Source: an uncultured Gammaproteobacteria bacterium (lineage in GTDB: Bacteria > Patescibacteriota > Microgenomatia > Levybacterales > UBA12049). Taken from it: a stretch of DNA of 55,393 nt. The notes beneath the pieces are model-generated. The model searched no databases. It was not told where the DNA came from and saw only the letters and a program-made list of their open reading frames with translations. Below, piece after piece: positions 1 to 8,583 of this stretch. The stretch is from assembly GCA_964564035.1 (NCBI GenBank), contig CAZLZN010000006.1, positions 1 to 55,393 of the forward strand, read 5' to 3'. The position numbers and the translations under genes are program-made. How positions within the stretch are numbered: the first letter of the stretch is position 1; the number at the start of each line of letters is the position of its first letter.

Positions 1-1079
1 CCGATCGTCATATTTGATCCAGATGTAGCGCTGGCACTGCCCTCAACAGACAAATTGTTTGTTATAGTCGCGACAGACGTCATCGTCTTCGTTCCGCTAC
101 CCGAAAGAGTCAGGCTGTCATAAGTAGCCGCGCGTACGGTTTGATCTGCGCCATCATAATTAACAATCGATACATAGCTTGTCGCCGCCGGCGTAAAAGT
201 ACTTCCGGTATCAACATCTATTGCCGCTCCTGATCCCGCTATATTAAGAGTGGGCGCAGAAGTGGCGCCGGAAAGCAGAAATTGAGAATAAGCCGCCGCC
301 GCGCCGTCGCTATTTACATTAATTATTCCGTCGACATCCATCGTGCCGCCGTATAGAAATAGTCTGGCAAGATTCTCAGCCGTATTTGCTGTCCCTTCAT
401 AGCTATTTATATCAACATTCCCTGAAATATTAAGGTTTGCGATCGTGGTTGTAAGTATATTCGTTCTGTCAGCTGTAGGATTTACAGCCGCGTTTCCTAT
501 CGTAATCGAAGCCGCACTTACTGTACCCGCGCCTGATAAATTCAACGCCGTATTAAAATTGCCCCTGTCCAGCAGTATGCCGTTTGTGACGGTTAGAGAT
601 ACATTTGACTCGACAACTATAGTGCAAGTTCCCGCCGCCGCCAGGGTGCAATTTATACTGCCGGCTTGTGCATTCACAGCAGAAGCATTACTCACCGTTA
701 TAGTATACGAAGCGCCGATAGTGACCGTATCATCGGAATCCGGATAACCCGTCCCAGCATCATTGCAAGATGTCCAAGTACCGGCTCCTGTCCAGTCGCC
801 CGTTGCCGCTGCTACACAAGTATCGTCAACAGCATATGCCCGGCTGAACATATTGGGAAGTGCGAAAAAGAATAAAAGTGATGATAATATCATCAAAACA
901 GTAAAGTTGCTGATAAAATAAAACCCTCCGTGTCTTTTTCCGGTAGGATAAGGATATTTTATAAAACCACCCGATTCATTAAATGCTCTATCAGCCTCCT
1001 TCTTTTCAAGAACAGGGTAGGGGAGCATCTTTTGATAATCTGATTTATTTTTCTTCCACGCAAACAAAAACCTCTTCAT
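1..1079 (-). CDS. Large secreted/surface protein, N-terminal part only (gene runs off the left edge); signal-anchor followed by Gly/Thr/Asn/Ala-rich beta-helix-like repeats
   Basis: Own translation of the minus strand from ATG 1079: MKRFLFAWKK...FYFISNFTVLMILSSLLFFFALPNMFSRAYA (hydrophobic anchor), then VDDTCVAAATGDWTGAGTWTSCNDAGTGYPDSDDTVTIGASYTITV..., open to nt 1. It is absent from the ORF track because it has no stop inside the window. Confidence 0.6.
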   Translation of the reverse strand, partial: MKRFLFAWKKNKSDYQKMLPYPVLEKKEADRAFNESGGFIKYPYPTGKRHGGFYFISNFTVLMILSSLLFFFALPNMFSRAYAVDDTCVAAATGDWTGAGTWTSCNDAGTGYPDSDDTVTIGASYTITVSNASAVNAQAGSINCTLAAAGTCTIVVESNVSLTVTNGILLDRGNFNTALNLSGAGTVSAASITIGNAAVNPTADRTNILTTTIANLNISGNVDINSYEGTANTAENLARLFLYGGTMDVDGIINVNSDGAAAAYSQFLLSGATSAPTLNIAGSGAAIDVDTGSTFTPAATSYVSIVNYDGADQTVRAATYDSLTLSGSGTKTMTSVATITNNLSVEGSASATSGSNMTI

Positions 1080-1171
1080 AGGCAGTCCTAATTCCATTAT
1101 TACAGAAACTGATGAGAAGGGAAAGATAGCCGGGATAGTAAGGGAAAATCTGTAATACTGGAAAAATTAAA

Positions 1172-1186
1172 AGTGCAAAAATCAAA
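1172..1186. repeat. Left arm of a 15-bp perfect inverted repeat (agtgcaaaaatcaaa)
   Basis: Exact reverse complement of 1750..1764 (tttgatttttgcact). Both arms continue into similar A-rich or T-rich low-complexity sequence. Confidence 0.8.
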
Positions 1187-1410
1187 TCTTAAATCTAAGA
1201 TCAAAATTAAAAGATACGTGTTAAGTTGAATTTGATTGCCATTAGGCAAGCTTATTCTCAGGTCATAACAATCCAATAAAGCCTGGAGGCAACGCCTTGA
1301 GTATCAATAGGAATTCATCAAAAAATATTGTTAGCTTTTAGCTTGGATCTGGGTTTTGAACTTTGCCTGCCCGCCGAATTGGCGGGATCTTAGATTTTGC
1401 TCTTATATTT

Positions 1411-1539
1411 CTATTTGTGGTGACGAGGCTTAGGCTCTCTGCCGGATACTTTGTACGCAATATAAGTCAGCAATGCCACGATCAAAAATATCCCAAAAGA
1501 AATCTGAGCGTTTGCGTTAATTTTCCAAAATTCATCCAT
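1411..1539 (-). CDS. Small (42 aa) single-pass membrane protein, hypothetical
   Basis: Own translation: MDEFWKINANAQISFGIFLIVALLTYIAYKVSGREPKPRHHK. A gaggggg Shine-Dalgarno-like motif lies about 8 nt upstream. It is below the ORF-track size cutoff. The + strand ORF 1363..1566 overlaps it and looks less protein-like. Confidence 0.3.
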   Translation of the reverse strand: MDEFWKINANAQISFGIFLIVALLTYIAYKVSGREPKPRHHK

Positions 1540-1749
1540 AATATTCTAACCCCCTCTCGATCATAGTTGATATTTGTACTATTGCGATACTAAGTAAATC
1601 TGTCGTATTTCAGTACCTTGTCAGCTTCAATTTGAGATTATAAAACTCCAAACCGCCGACATTAAACTCAAAAAACAAAATAAAATTTTTCTTCTCAACT
1701 TATTCTATCATTGCTTTTGACTTTTTGAGTTAATTTTTGAACTTTGAAT

Positions 1750-1764
1750 TTTGATTTTTGCACT
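1750..1764. repeat. Right arm of the 15-bp perfect inverted repeat
   Basis: Reverse complement of 1172..1186. Confidence 0.8.
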
Positions 1765-1832
1765 ATTCTTATAGATCGATGTATGTCTTAGCTCAAAAAG
1801 CGTTGAAAAACAGATTATTTTAAGAAGTAATG

Positions 1833-2912
1833 CTATATCAATCCCTTGAGGAAATTCGCGATAAACCCGCTGATCAGAAGCACAGTCAGCAGTATCACTC
1901 CGACGATCACCATCAGATGCGGCGCTAGAACAGTCTTGTGGGTTTTCTTATCCTTGTGAGCGAGGAATTTTTTGGAAAGAGCGAGAGTTATTGCCGACAG
2001 GCCTACAAACAAAGTTATCGCCAAAGCCTGAACGTTGGGGGTCACGACTATATTCGCCGACGCCGCTTTGGTAGGGGAGTAGTAGACTGACACATTGGCA
2101 GTATTCCATCCGAGAATCGGAGATAGCGTCTTGGATGACACATTGATAGTTACAGGGGACTTCGGTAGTAAGATATCAAAATACGCATCAAGCGGTATCG
2201 ACTCGACTATTCTGCCGAATGCATCTTTGATCTGAAGCATTCCTGTCGGTTTTAGTCTCACTTCTCCTGTGTTTTCTGCTGTAAAACTAAAATTCAGATT
2301 ATTGTCCGTCACGGTATATTTGAGATCCTTGACCTCAAGCGCTACCTGCTCCGGCCCCGGAACTGTCAGATATACTCTGACTCCGAGTCTCGAAACAACC
2401 TCGAGATTCATGTTTTTGGACTGATAATTCTGCGGTGTGGTATTTTCAAATACCACTCCTCCCGAATATTCGCCTTTCTGTGCGTCTTTCGGAACTGAAA
2501 TCGTAAACGGAATCTCTTTTTTCTCATTGGGTGATATGGTCACCATGTCCTGGTCTACTTTGACCCAGGCGCCGATCGTATCTCTCTTGTCGGTCTCGCT
2601 CTCGAGTGCAAAAGCCCCGTCGCTGGTCGTTGTCGAATCGGCGGGATAGACCTTCACAGTCAATGGCTCTGTGCCTTTGTTTTCGAGAGTCACACTGTCT
2701 TTTCGTGTTTCGCCCGCGGAATAAGTATAAATAAACCACGACCTCGTCCTCGGATCAAGCTCACTGTAGGTACTGGGGGCCGCACTGAACGCACCTGAAG
2801 AAACAGCAAGTACACCCGGTGCAAAAAAAAGCGCAGCACTAATCAGAGTCAACCCCGCCGCGCTGACTTGCAGCTTTTTATTCGTAATAAATTTAGGCAG
2901 ATTTGGCTTCAT
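1833..2912 (-). CDS. Cell-surface protein resembling DUF916/DUF3324 (CscA-like): signal peptide, two beta-sandwich-like halves, C-terminal TM anchor
   Basis: ORF 1833..2972. The likely start is the internal ATG at 2912 (MKPNLPKF...LISAALFFAPGVLA signal), 14 nt after the upstream stop. The pattern SWFIYTYSAGETRKDSVTLENKGTEPLTVKVYPADSTTTSDGAFAL...ISPNEKKEIPFTISVPKDAQKGEYSGGVVF, plus a second half and a C-terminal TM (VIVGVILLTVLLISGFI), matches my memory of DUF916 proteins in WxL clusters. Confidence 0.6.
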   Translation of the reverse strand: MKPNLPKFITNKKLQVSAAGLTLISAALFFAPGVLAVSSGAFSAAPSTYSELDPRTRSWFIYTYSAGETRKDSVTLENKGTEPLTVKVYPADSTTTSDGAFALESETDKRDTIGAWVKVDQDMVTISPNEKKEIPFTISVPKDAQKGEYSGGVVFENTTPQNYQSKNMNLEVVSRLGVRVYLTVPGPEQVALEVKDLKYTVTDNNLNFSFTAENTGEVRLKPTGMLQIKDAFGRIVESIPLDAYFDILLPKSPVTINVSSKTLSPILGWNTANVSVYYSPTKAASANIVVTPNVQALAITLFVGLSAITLALSKKFLAHKDKKTHKTVLAPHLMVIVGVILLTVLLISGFIANFLKGLI

Positions 2913-2928
2913 TTTATATTTATAGAAC

Positions 2929-3828
2929 TTAGGATGCGGTGAGTGTAATTCGCGCAACGTATTCGCTCGCATAGCTGTTTCCCGGTATTCCCAGTCCTAG
3001 TGCCGGCGCTACTGAATATGATCCCATCCCGTAATTTGCGGGCGCAGTAATTAAAGCCACGTTTTCAACTGTGCTGTCGAAGAAATTCAAAGAGCCTCCT
3101 GTCACGTTTGTGCTGGATCCGGAGATTGTTGTCACCGATCCCGGTGTTACGCTGAACCTTGTAACATCAATAGTATCCACGCGGACTGTCCACTGGTCGC
3201 CTGTCGCGTAGTCAGTATCATTGAAGTTTACGTACAAACCGCGTGTGCCGATTGCAACATTTGATCCGGTAAGCACTTCGTTTGCGGATTCCAAGCCTGA
3301 AACATCAAATGTAGCTACACCAGAAGTACCGCCTGTATCTCCGATTGTAATTGTATATATGCCTCCTGAAGATGTTGCGTATGGAGTAGATGATCCAAGT
3401 AAAATTGTGTTTGAACCGGATGTGGTAGTTGGATTGTTATATTTATAAAAATTAGTCGACTGTGCCGTTGCTGACCAACCCGCACCTGATCCCCGGTTAT
3501 CTGTAACAGTTACTGTGCCCAAGTCTCCGGCCGTATCCTGATGATTGACAGACGCGGAAACGGTAGCCATATATTCATCGCCTGTCTGGGAGATTGTTAA
3601 ATTGCCGCCTGTAACATCCTGACGTACATGTGTCTGTGCGGCATTGGCCAGTCTGATCGGTTCTTTGCTCGTCAGCTCGATCAAGACACTGACAAATCCC
3701 ATCACGATAACCAATGTTGAAACAATCAGCGTTGCCCAGTGAAGAACTCCATGGTACTGCCATTCATGATACTCGGTGTACCATTGTGGTCTTGTATGTT
3801 TAATATGATGGGCAATCTTTTTTATCAT
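2929..3828 (-). CDS. WxL-domain-like surface protein with N-terminal membrane anchor (paralog 1)
   Basis: N-terminal TM (WATLIVSTLVIVMGFVSVLI). The motif GDLGTVTVTDNRGSGAGWSATAQSTNF resembles the first WxL-domain motif (D-x-R-G...G-W-x-L). The C-terminal YVARITLTAS sits where the second motif would be. It is a close paralog of 3899..4720. Confidence 0.55.
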   Translation of the reverse strand: MIKKIAHHIKHTRPQWYTEYHEWQYHGVLHWATLIVSTLVIVMGFVSVLIELTSKEPIRLANAAQTHVRQDVTGGNLTISQTGDEYMATVSASVNHQDTAGDLGTVTVTDNRGSGAGWSATAQSTNFYKYNNPTTTSGSNTILLGSSTPYATSSGGIYTITIGDTGGTSGVATFDVSGLESANEVLTGSNVAIGTRGLYVNFNDTDYATGDQWTVRVDTIDVTRFSVTPGSVTTISGSSTNVTGGSLNFFDSTVENVALITAPANYGMGSYSVAPALGLGIPGNSYASEYVARITLTAS

Positions 3829-3898
3829 ATATTTAAACTCTTCAAATTATATCGTATATGTTTATTTATACGGTTGCCAAGATATATTTGCTTTATAT

Positions 3899-4720
3899 TT
3901 AAGACGCAGTCAATGTGACTCTTGCCGTATAGGTATTTGTATAACTGTTTGCCGGAATTCCCAGCCCAAGCGTCGGCGGGACTGAATATGATCCCAATCC
4001 ATATCCGGCAGTTGCCGTAATTAAATTAACGTTCTCGCTCGTACTGTCGAAGAAATTCAGTGAACCGGGAGTAACGTTTGTATTTATTCCTGAAATAGTC
4101 GTCAGTGAACCCGGAGTAAGACTGAATCTGGTTACATCAATGGTATCTACCCTGATTGTCCATTGGTTGCCTGTGGCATAACCCGTATCCGGGAAATTAA
4201 CCTTTAGACCTCTTGTCCCGACTGCAATATCAGTCCCGCCTGTCGTAGCCACGTCATTTACTGTCTCAAGACCGGTTACATCAAATGTTGCAGTGCCCGG
4301 ATCTCCGCCTGTATCAATAGTAATTGTATAAATCCCGGCAGACGAAGTAGAGTAAGGCGTACTGTTACCAAGTGTTAAAGATTTTGCGCCTGATGTTGTT
4401 GTTGGATTATTATATTTATAAAAATTCGTAGACTGCGCTGTGGCAGACCACCCCACACCTGTTCCTCTCGCATCTGTAACCGTTACTGTGCCCAAGTCTC
4501 CTGTCGAATCCTGATGATTGATTGAAGCCGAAACAGTCGACATATATTCGTCTCCTGTCTGAGCGATAGTCAAAGCTCCGCCCGTAATATCCTGTCTTAC
4601 ATGCGTTTGGGCCGTAGCGTTAGCTTTTGTAATCTCCCTGCTCGAAGAAAATTCATTCAGTACATTTATAAAAGCCATCAGGATTATGACGCATGAAACG
4701 ACAAAAGTCGCCCAGTGCAA
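3899..4720 (-). CDS. WxL-domain-like surface protein (paralog 2); 5' end apparently frameshifted
   Basis: Collinear with paralog 1 (GDLGTVTVTDARGTGVGWSATAQSTNF ... YTARVTLTAS). The ORF starts at TTG 4720. The conserved N-terminal peptide (MLRKAVHHITNTRPQWYKDYH) is encoded upstream from ATG 4799 in another frame. Confidence 0.55.
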   Translation of the reverse strand: MHWATFVVSCVIILMAFINVLNEFSSSREITKANATAQTHVRQDITGGALTIAQTGDEYMSTVSASINHQDSTGDLGTVTVTDARGTGVGWSATAQSTNFYKYNNPTTTSGAKSLTLGNSTPYSTSSAGIYTITIDTGGDPGTATFDVTGLETVNDVATTGGTDIAVGTRGLKVNFPDTGYATGNQWTIRVDTIDVTRFSLTPGSLTTISGINTNVTPGSLNFFDSTSENVNLITATAGYGLGSYSVPPTLGLGIPANSYTNTYTARVTLTAS

Positions 4721-4874
4721 AATGCTGTGGTATTTGGTGGTAGTCTTTATACCACTGCGGCCGTGTATTGGTTATATGATGGACAGCTTTTCTGAGCATA
4801 ACGAATTGGACAAATATTTTTATCCATTCTCATCATATGCATGAGTCAGTTATAATGTCAATAGTCATTTGAAT

Positions 4875-5672
4875 TTACAACCTGAGTATCAGGAAGGCGA
4901 CTGTGACTCCGGCGAGAATAATGATCACAACTATCGACACGTTGAAAATAATCCCCAGATGAATTATCTTGCCGGCAGATGGATTGCGTCCCAGAGCTTC
5001 GACTCCTTTCGCGGCTGTCCGCCCGAAAGTCAGGAATCCGAACGCGATCGACCCCAGCACGACCAGTGCCGCAACTATATATTTAAAAATCGGAGCAGGC
5101 GAGTCTTTGGTAGGAAGAAGTGCCAGCTTCAAAATATCCGTCAGCGAACCGAGAAATGTAGGCTTGGCATTAAAATAATGCAAATTCAGCTCAATAGCTA
5201 TCTTCTCGATCTTGGAAGCGTCCGAATTTTCATAATCCTCAAGCGCGTGCCCCAGCACATAACCGTCTTTGTCGGCTTTCACCGCGATGCCCGGCATTGT
5301 CGATGTCGTCAGAAGATCGCCGGTTTTGATCGAGCCGTTCTTGATTGACACCAGAATATATACCGTGCCGTTGGAGATCACCGGCACGCCGTTTGTGACG
5401 TTGTCGTTGTTCATGATTATCCCGGCGTCTCTCGCGACAACTCCCAGAACTTGCGGATCATAAGGGATACTTGACGGCGCCGCGCCGTTTCTCGTACTGG
5501 AGATAATTGTCCCGTCTTTGATATTTTTCTCCTTTACGGCGATCATCCTGGCGACACCCAGTGTCGCTGTATCCGAACGGCTTATCGCAGAAAGGGCATA
5601 TGCAGACTGAGGAAACAGAAGTAATATAGCGAAAAAACTAAGAAAAAATTTTGAAATCAGGGCAGGTTTCAT
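4875..5672 (-). CDS. Secreted protein with C-terminal two-helix hairpin resembling an F/V-ATPase c-subunit (proteolipid)
   Basis: Signal peptide MKPALISKFFLSFFAILLLFPQSAYA. The C-terminal IVAALVVLGSIAFGFLTFGRTAAKGVEALGRNPSAGKIIHLGIIFNVSIVVIIILAGVTVAFLIL resembles the c-subunit loop (G-x-G...E-G-x-A-R-x-P), but helix 2 has no acidic residue. Confidence 0.55.
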   Translation of the reverse strand: MKPALISKFFLSFFAILLLFPQSAYALSAISRSDTATLGVARMIAVKEKNIKDGTIISSTRNGAAPSSIPYDPQVLGVVARDAGIIMNNDNVTNGVPVISNGTVYILVSIKNGSIKTGDLLTTSTMPGIAVKADKDGYVLGHALEDYENSDASKIEKIAIELNLHYFNAKPTFLGSLTDILKLALLPTKDSPAPIFKYIVAALVVLGSIAFGFLTFGRTAAKGVEALGRNPSAGKIIHLGIIFNVSIVVIIILAGVTVAFLILRL

Positions 5673-5695
5673 AAGGATTATTATAATATAAATAG

Positions 5696-5767
5696 TCGGG
5701 GTGGAGAGAATTGAACTCTCTACCTCCCGGTCCCGAACCGGGCGGTCTACCGATGACCTACACCCCG
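5696..5767 (-). tRNA. tRNA-Pro (anticodon CGG)
   Basis: Hand-folded cloverleaf on the minus strand: acceptor cggggtg/caccccg, D stem ggtc/gacc, anticodon stem cccgg/ccggg with loop ttCGGga, T arm gagag-ttcaatt-ctctc, discriminator A. 72 nt, no encoded CCA. Confidence 0.85.
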
Positions 5768-5772
5768 AAGAA

Positions 5773-5831
5773 CTGAAAACTTAAAACTTAAGACTGATAA
5801 TAGCTAGATACTAAGCCCTAAAACCTAAACA
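5773..5831. repeat. Heptamer-periodic low-complexity array between two tRNAs
   Basis: ctgaaaa cttaaaa cttaaga ctgataa (5773-5800), a 10-nt break, then ctaagcc ctaaaac ctaaaca (5811-5831). Confidence 0.7.
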
Positions 5832-5877
5832 ATAGAATTAATTGTATCGTGAGTTGTGCTAAAATACAAATATCCTT

Positions 5878-5949
5878 GTCCCTGTAGCTCAATGGATAGA
5901 GCAGACCCGTCCTAAGGGTAAGATGGAGGTTCGATTCCTCTCGGGGATA
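5878..5949 (+). tRNA. tRNA-Arg (anticodon CCU)
   Basis: Acceptor gtccctg/cggggat (two G-U pairs), D arm gctc-aatggata-gagc, anticodon arm gaccc-gtCCTaa-gggta, T arm ggagg-ttcgatt-cctct. The layout resembles E. coli argW as I recall it. 72 nt. Confidence 0.8.
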
Positions 5950-5973
5950 CAAACTAGAACTTGAGGTTTTTGG

Positions 5974-5989
5974 CTTTACGACTTTATGA
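5974..5989. repeat. Two copies of the CTTTAYRA octamer
   Basis: ctttacga ctttatga. Same octamer family as 15481..15512 and 33056..33087. Followed by the hairpin cctgcc-tatca-ggcagg (about 5994-6010). Confidence 0.6.
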
Positions 5990-6018
5990 CCTACCTGCCT
6001 ATCAGGCAGGCTTACGGC

Positions 6019-7320
6019 TTACTTCAGTCCTATCGTATAAAGCGTCGGGGCGACGTCCGGATTATTCAGATCGGTCAGGATAACGATCCTAGACGAATCC
6101 GGCCATGGAATAGCGAATTCATCTATAAAAGGCCCCCCGTACATCGTAAATCTATTTGAACCGTCATCATCCATAATAATAATTTTTTTATTATTCAGAT
6201 ACAGCAAATGCTCAGAGTCGGTAAGCCAAGTTAGAGGCAGTTTGCATCCGTTATTTTGGATTACTGGACTTACCTCGCCGGCTGTTAATTCATCGGAACT
6301 ATTCTCCGGCGCCGTCTCAGGCTGAACAGGGCAATTTTCCGGTAATTCTACTGCGAGCTGTACGTTTACATCCTCTTTTGTGTCATAAATATATACATTT
6401 CCCGTTTCGATTTTTCGTTGCTCGACCAAAGTATTATTCCCGAGCCTTCTCGGGTTTATAATTATCGGAATTTCGGCTGAAGCGGACGCTTTATATAAGA
6501 TCTTTGTATTATCCGGTGACCATGATAAAACTTCAAAATATGAATTTATCAGCGACCTAATATTCCTGCTTACGCTGTTGATCCTGTTCCTGTTTTTCTC
6601 ATCGACCTGGATCTGCCATTCATCCCTGACACTTTGAATTATGGCGGTGACATCCTGCGGTTCATCATTGAGGCGTGTAGCGTCAAGCAGATATAAGGTA
6701 GAATAGCCGGTGGCCGATATGACCTCAGCCAAAAGCTCGGTACCGTCGGGTGACCACTCCAGCTTAGCGTTTGAGAATATATCTATAGTATCATCCGCAA
6801 TTTGCGTGGATGAACTTTTAAGCGTTAAAACCGGCACCGGTATTGTATTGGCGTTCATATTCAAAACATATATCCCGTTTTTACGCGCCGCTGATTCGGA
6901 TGAAATTTGATACGCAATTTTTGTGCCCGATGGATCTACCAGCGGGTTTTCAACAGGAGTAGTTGCGATACTCTCCAGTCTGGGCGCGAGAGGAAACAGG
7001 CGCGCTTCGGCTTTGGTCACGACCTCTTCTTCGACCTTCAACTTCTTTTGCCATGCAAAATATCCGTCTTTTTGGATTTTTATCGTGTAAGTACCGGGCG
7101 GCAGGCTGATCGTATTATCTGTCGCCGTAGTCAGATGATCGTCGACATATACCTGTGCTCCGTTTGGCACACTATTAGCTACAAGAAGTCCTGTTTTGGA
7201 AAGCTGGGGAAGATCCTGGTTAAACGCGATTCGATAACCGCGTCCAAATAAAACCACTATCGCTGTCCCGGCTATCAAAAAAATCAGGATAAGAGCAGGA
7301 ATGAGAAAATTTTTCTTCAT
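6019..7320 (-). CDS. Membrane-anchored PEGA-domain protein with TolB-like beta-propeller region
   Basis: N-terminal TM. The PEGA-like motif is PNGAQVYVDDHLTTATDNTISLPPGTYTIKIQKDGYFAWQKKLKV. Repeated WSPDG/WSPDN motifs are typical of TolB-type propeller blades. Confidence 0.7.
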   Translation of the reverse strand: MKKNFLIPALILIFLIAGTAIVVLFGRGYRIAFNQDLPQLSKTGLLVANSVPNGAQVYVDDHLTTATDNTISLPPGTYTIKIQKDGYFAWQKKLKVEEEVVTKAEARLFPLAPRLESIATTPVENPLVDPSGTKIAYQISSESAARKNGIYVLNMNANTIPVPVLTLKSSSTQIADDTIDIFSNAKLEWSPDGTELLAEVISATGYSTLYLLDATRLNDEPQDVTAIIQSVRDEWQIQVDEKNRNRINSVSRNIRSLINSYFEVLSWSPDNTKILYKASASAEIPIIINPRRLGNNTLVEQRKIETGNVYIYDTKEDVNVQLAVELPENCPVQPETAPENSSDELTAGEVSPVIQNNGCKLPLTWLTDSEHLLYLNNKKIIIMDDDGSNRFTMYGGPFIDEFAIPWPDSSRIVILTDLNNPDVAPTLYTIGLK

Positions 7321-7357
7321 ATATACGAACTCAATTATACGTCACTTAGCCAAACTC

Positions 7358-7386
7358 TTGCAAGTTTCTCCCGGGGTGTTTATAAT
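7358..7386 (+). promoter_or_regulatory. Sigma70-like promoter candidate upstream of mreB
   Basis: TTGCAA (7358-7363), 17-nt spacer, TATAAT (7381-7386), in the divergent intergenic region. It would give a leader of about 140 nt. Confidence 0.3.
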
Positions 7387-7527
7387 CAAATTATACAAGG
7401 CCGGCAAATAGAAAATGATACATTTAATATATATTATGATATATTTGCCAAACATAAACTAAAAGCGTTTCACAACCGGTATCCGTTAAATTTACATGCC
7501 TGTTTTTTGTCAAAATCATATTAAATA

Positions 7528-8583
7528 GTGAATAAGCTTACAAATTACATCCAAAACTTCAAACTGCCGTCAACCAAAAGGATCGGCATCGATTTGGGTA
7601 CTGCGAACACAGTCGTATACGTTGTCGGAGAGGGGATTGTCCTTAATGAGCCCACGGTCGTCGCGGTCACAGCCGAAGAAAACAGGGTGGTAGCAGTAGG
7701 CAGGGAAGCCAAAGAAATGCTCGGACGAACTCCGGGCAATGTTGTCGCGCTTCGCCCGCTCCGGGACGGAGTTATCGCCGATTACACTATCACCGAAGCC
7801 ATGCTTTCATATTTTATCGACAAAGTCTGCGGTCAGTCCCGATTTTTCAAACCTGAAATCATGGTATGCATCCCCTCAGGCGTCACACAGGTGGAGAGAC
7901 GTGCCGTGCTTGACGCGTCGATGTCGGCCGGAGCCAAAGCCGCTTATCTGATAGACGAACCGTTAGCGGCCGCAATTGGAGCCAGAATTCCGATTGCCCA
8001 AGCCGCCGGCCACATGATTGTCAACATCGGCGGAGGATCGACCGAATCCGCTGTTATTTCGCTCGGAGGCGTTGTAGTTCACAGTTCTGTACGTGTCGCA
8101 GGCAACAAAATCGATGAAGCAATTGCGGGTTATATCAAGCGTAAGCACAATCTGCTGGTCGGCGAAACAACAGCAGAGCAAATAAAAATTGAAATTGGCA
8201 ATGCGGTCCCCGATACTGCCAAAACCGCTAAGCACAAAGAAATGGAAGTAAGAGGCCGCGATACCATTAATGGGTTACCAAGAACCGTTGTTCTCAACGA
8301 ACTGGTGATCGCTGAAGCGATCAAGCCGATCCTTCACGAAATTATAAAAGGCGTCAAAGAAGTTCTCGAACAATGTCCCCCCGAGCTGGCAAGCGATATA
8401 ATCGACAAAGGCATCGTCATGTCGGGAGGAACTTCTCTGCTTACTAACTTTGATAAGCTGATGACCGAGATGACCGGCGTGCCATGTCATGTCGCGGATG
8501 ACGCTCTTCTATGCGTAGTTCGCGGTACGGGAGTCGCGATGGAGAACATCGAGCTCTACAAAAGAAGCATCAACAGGCGCTGA
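7528..8583 (+). CDS. mreB: Rod shape-determining actin homolog MreB
   Basis: GIDLGTANTVVYV..., DGVIADY, and IDEPLAAAIGA...NIGGGSTE are actin/MreB phosphate and adenosine motifs. GTG start, full length. Confidence 0.95.
   Translation: MNKLTNYIQNFKLPSTKRIGIDLGTANTVVYVVGEGIVLNEPTVVAVTAEENRVVAVGREAKEMLGRTPGNVVALRPLRDGVIADYTITEAMLSYFIDKVCGQSRFFKPEIMVCIPSGVTQVERRAVLDASMSAGAKAAYLIDEPLAAAIGARIPIAQAAGHMIVNIGGGSTESAVISLGGVVVHSSVRVAGNKIDEAIAGYIKRKHNLLVGETTAEQIKIEIGNAVPDTAKTAKHKEMEVRGRDTINGLPRTVVLNELVIAEAIKPILHEIIKGVKEVLEQCPPELASDIIDKGIVMSGGTSLLTNFDKLMTEMTGVPCHVADDALLCVVRGTGVAMENIELYKRSINRR

Noticed and set aside
445-875. The + strand ORFs 445..747 and 666..875 from the ORF track.
   Set aside because: They lie antisense to a much longer open minus-strand frame (1..1079) that has a clear signal-anchor and a repeat-protein sequence. 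They are most likely shadow ORFs.
1363-1566. The + strand 67-aa ORF.
   Set aside because: Its sequence is not protein-like. The opposite strand holds a shorter ORF with an SD-like motif and a clean TM helix. Both remain weak.
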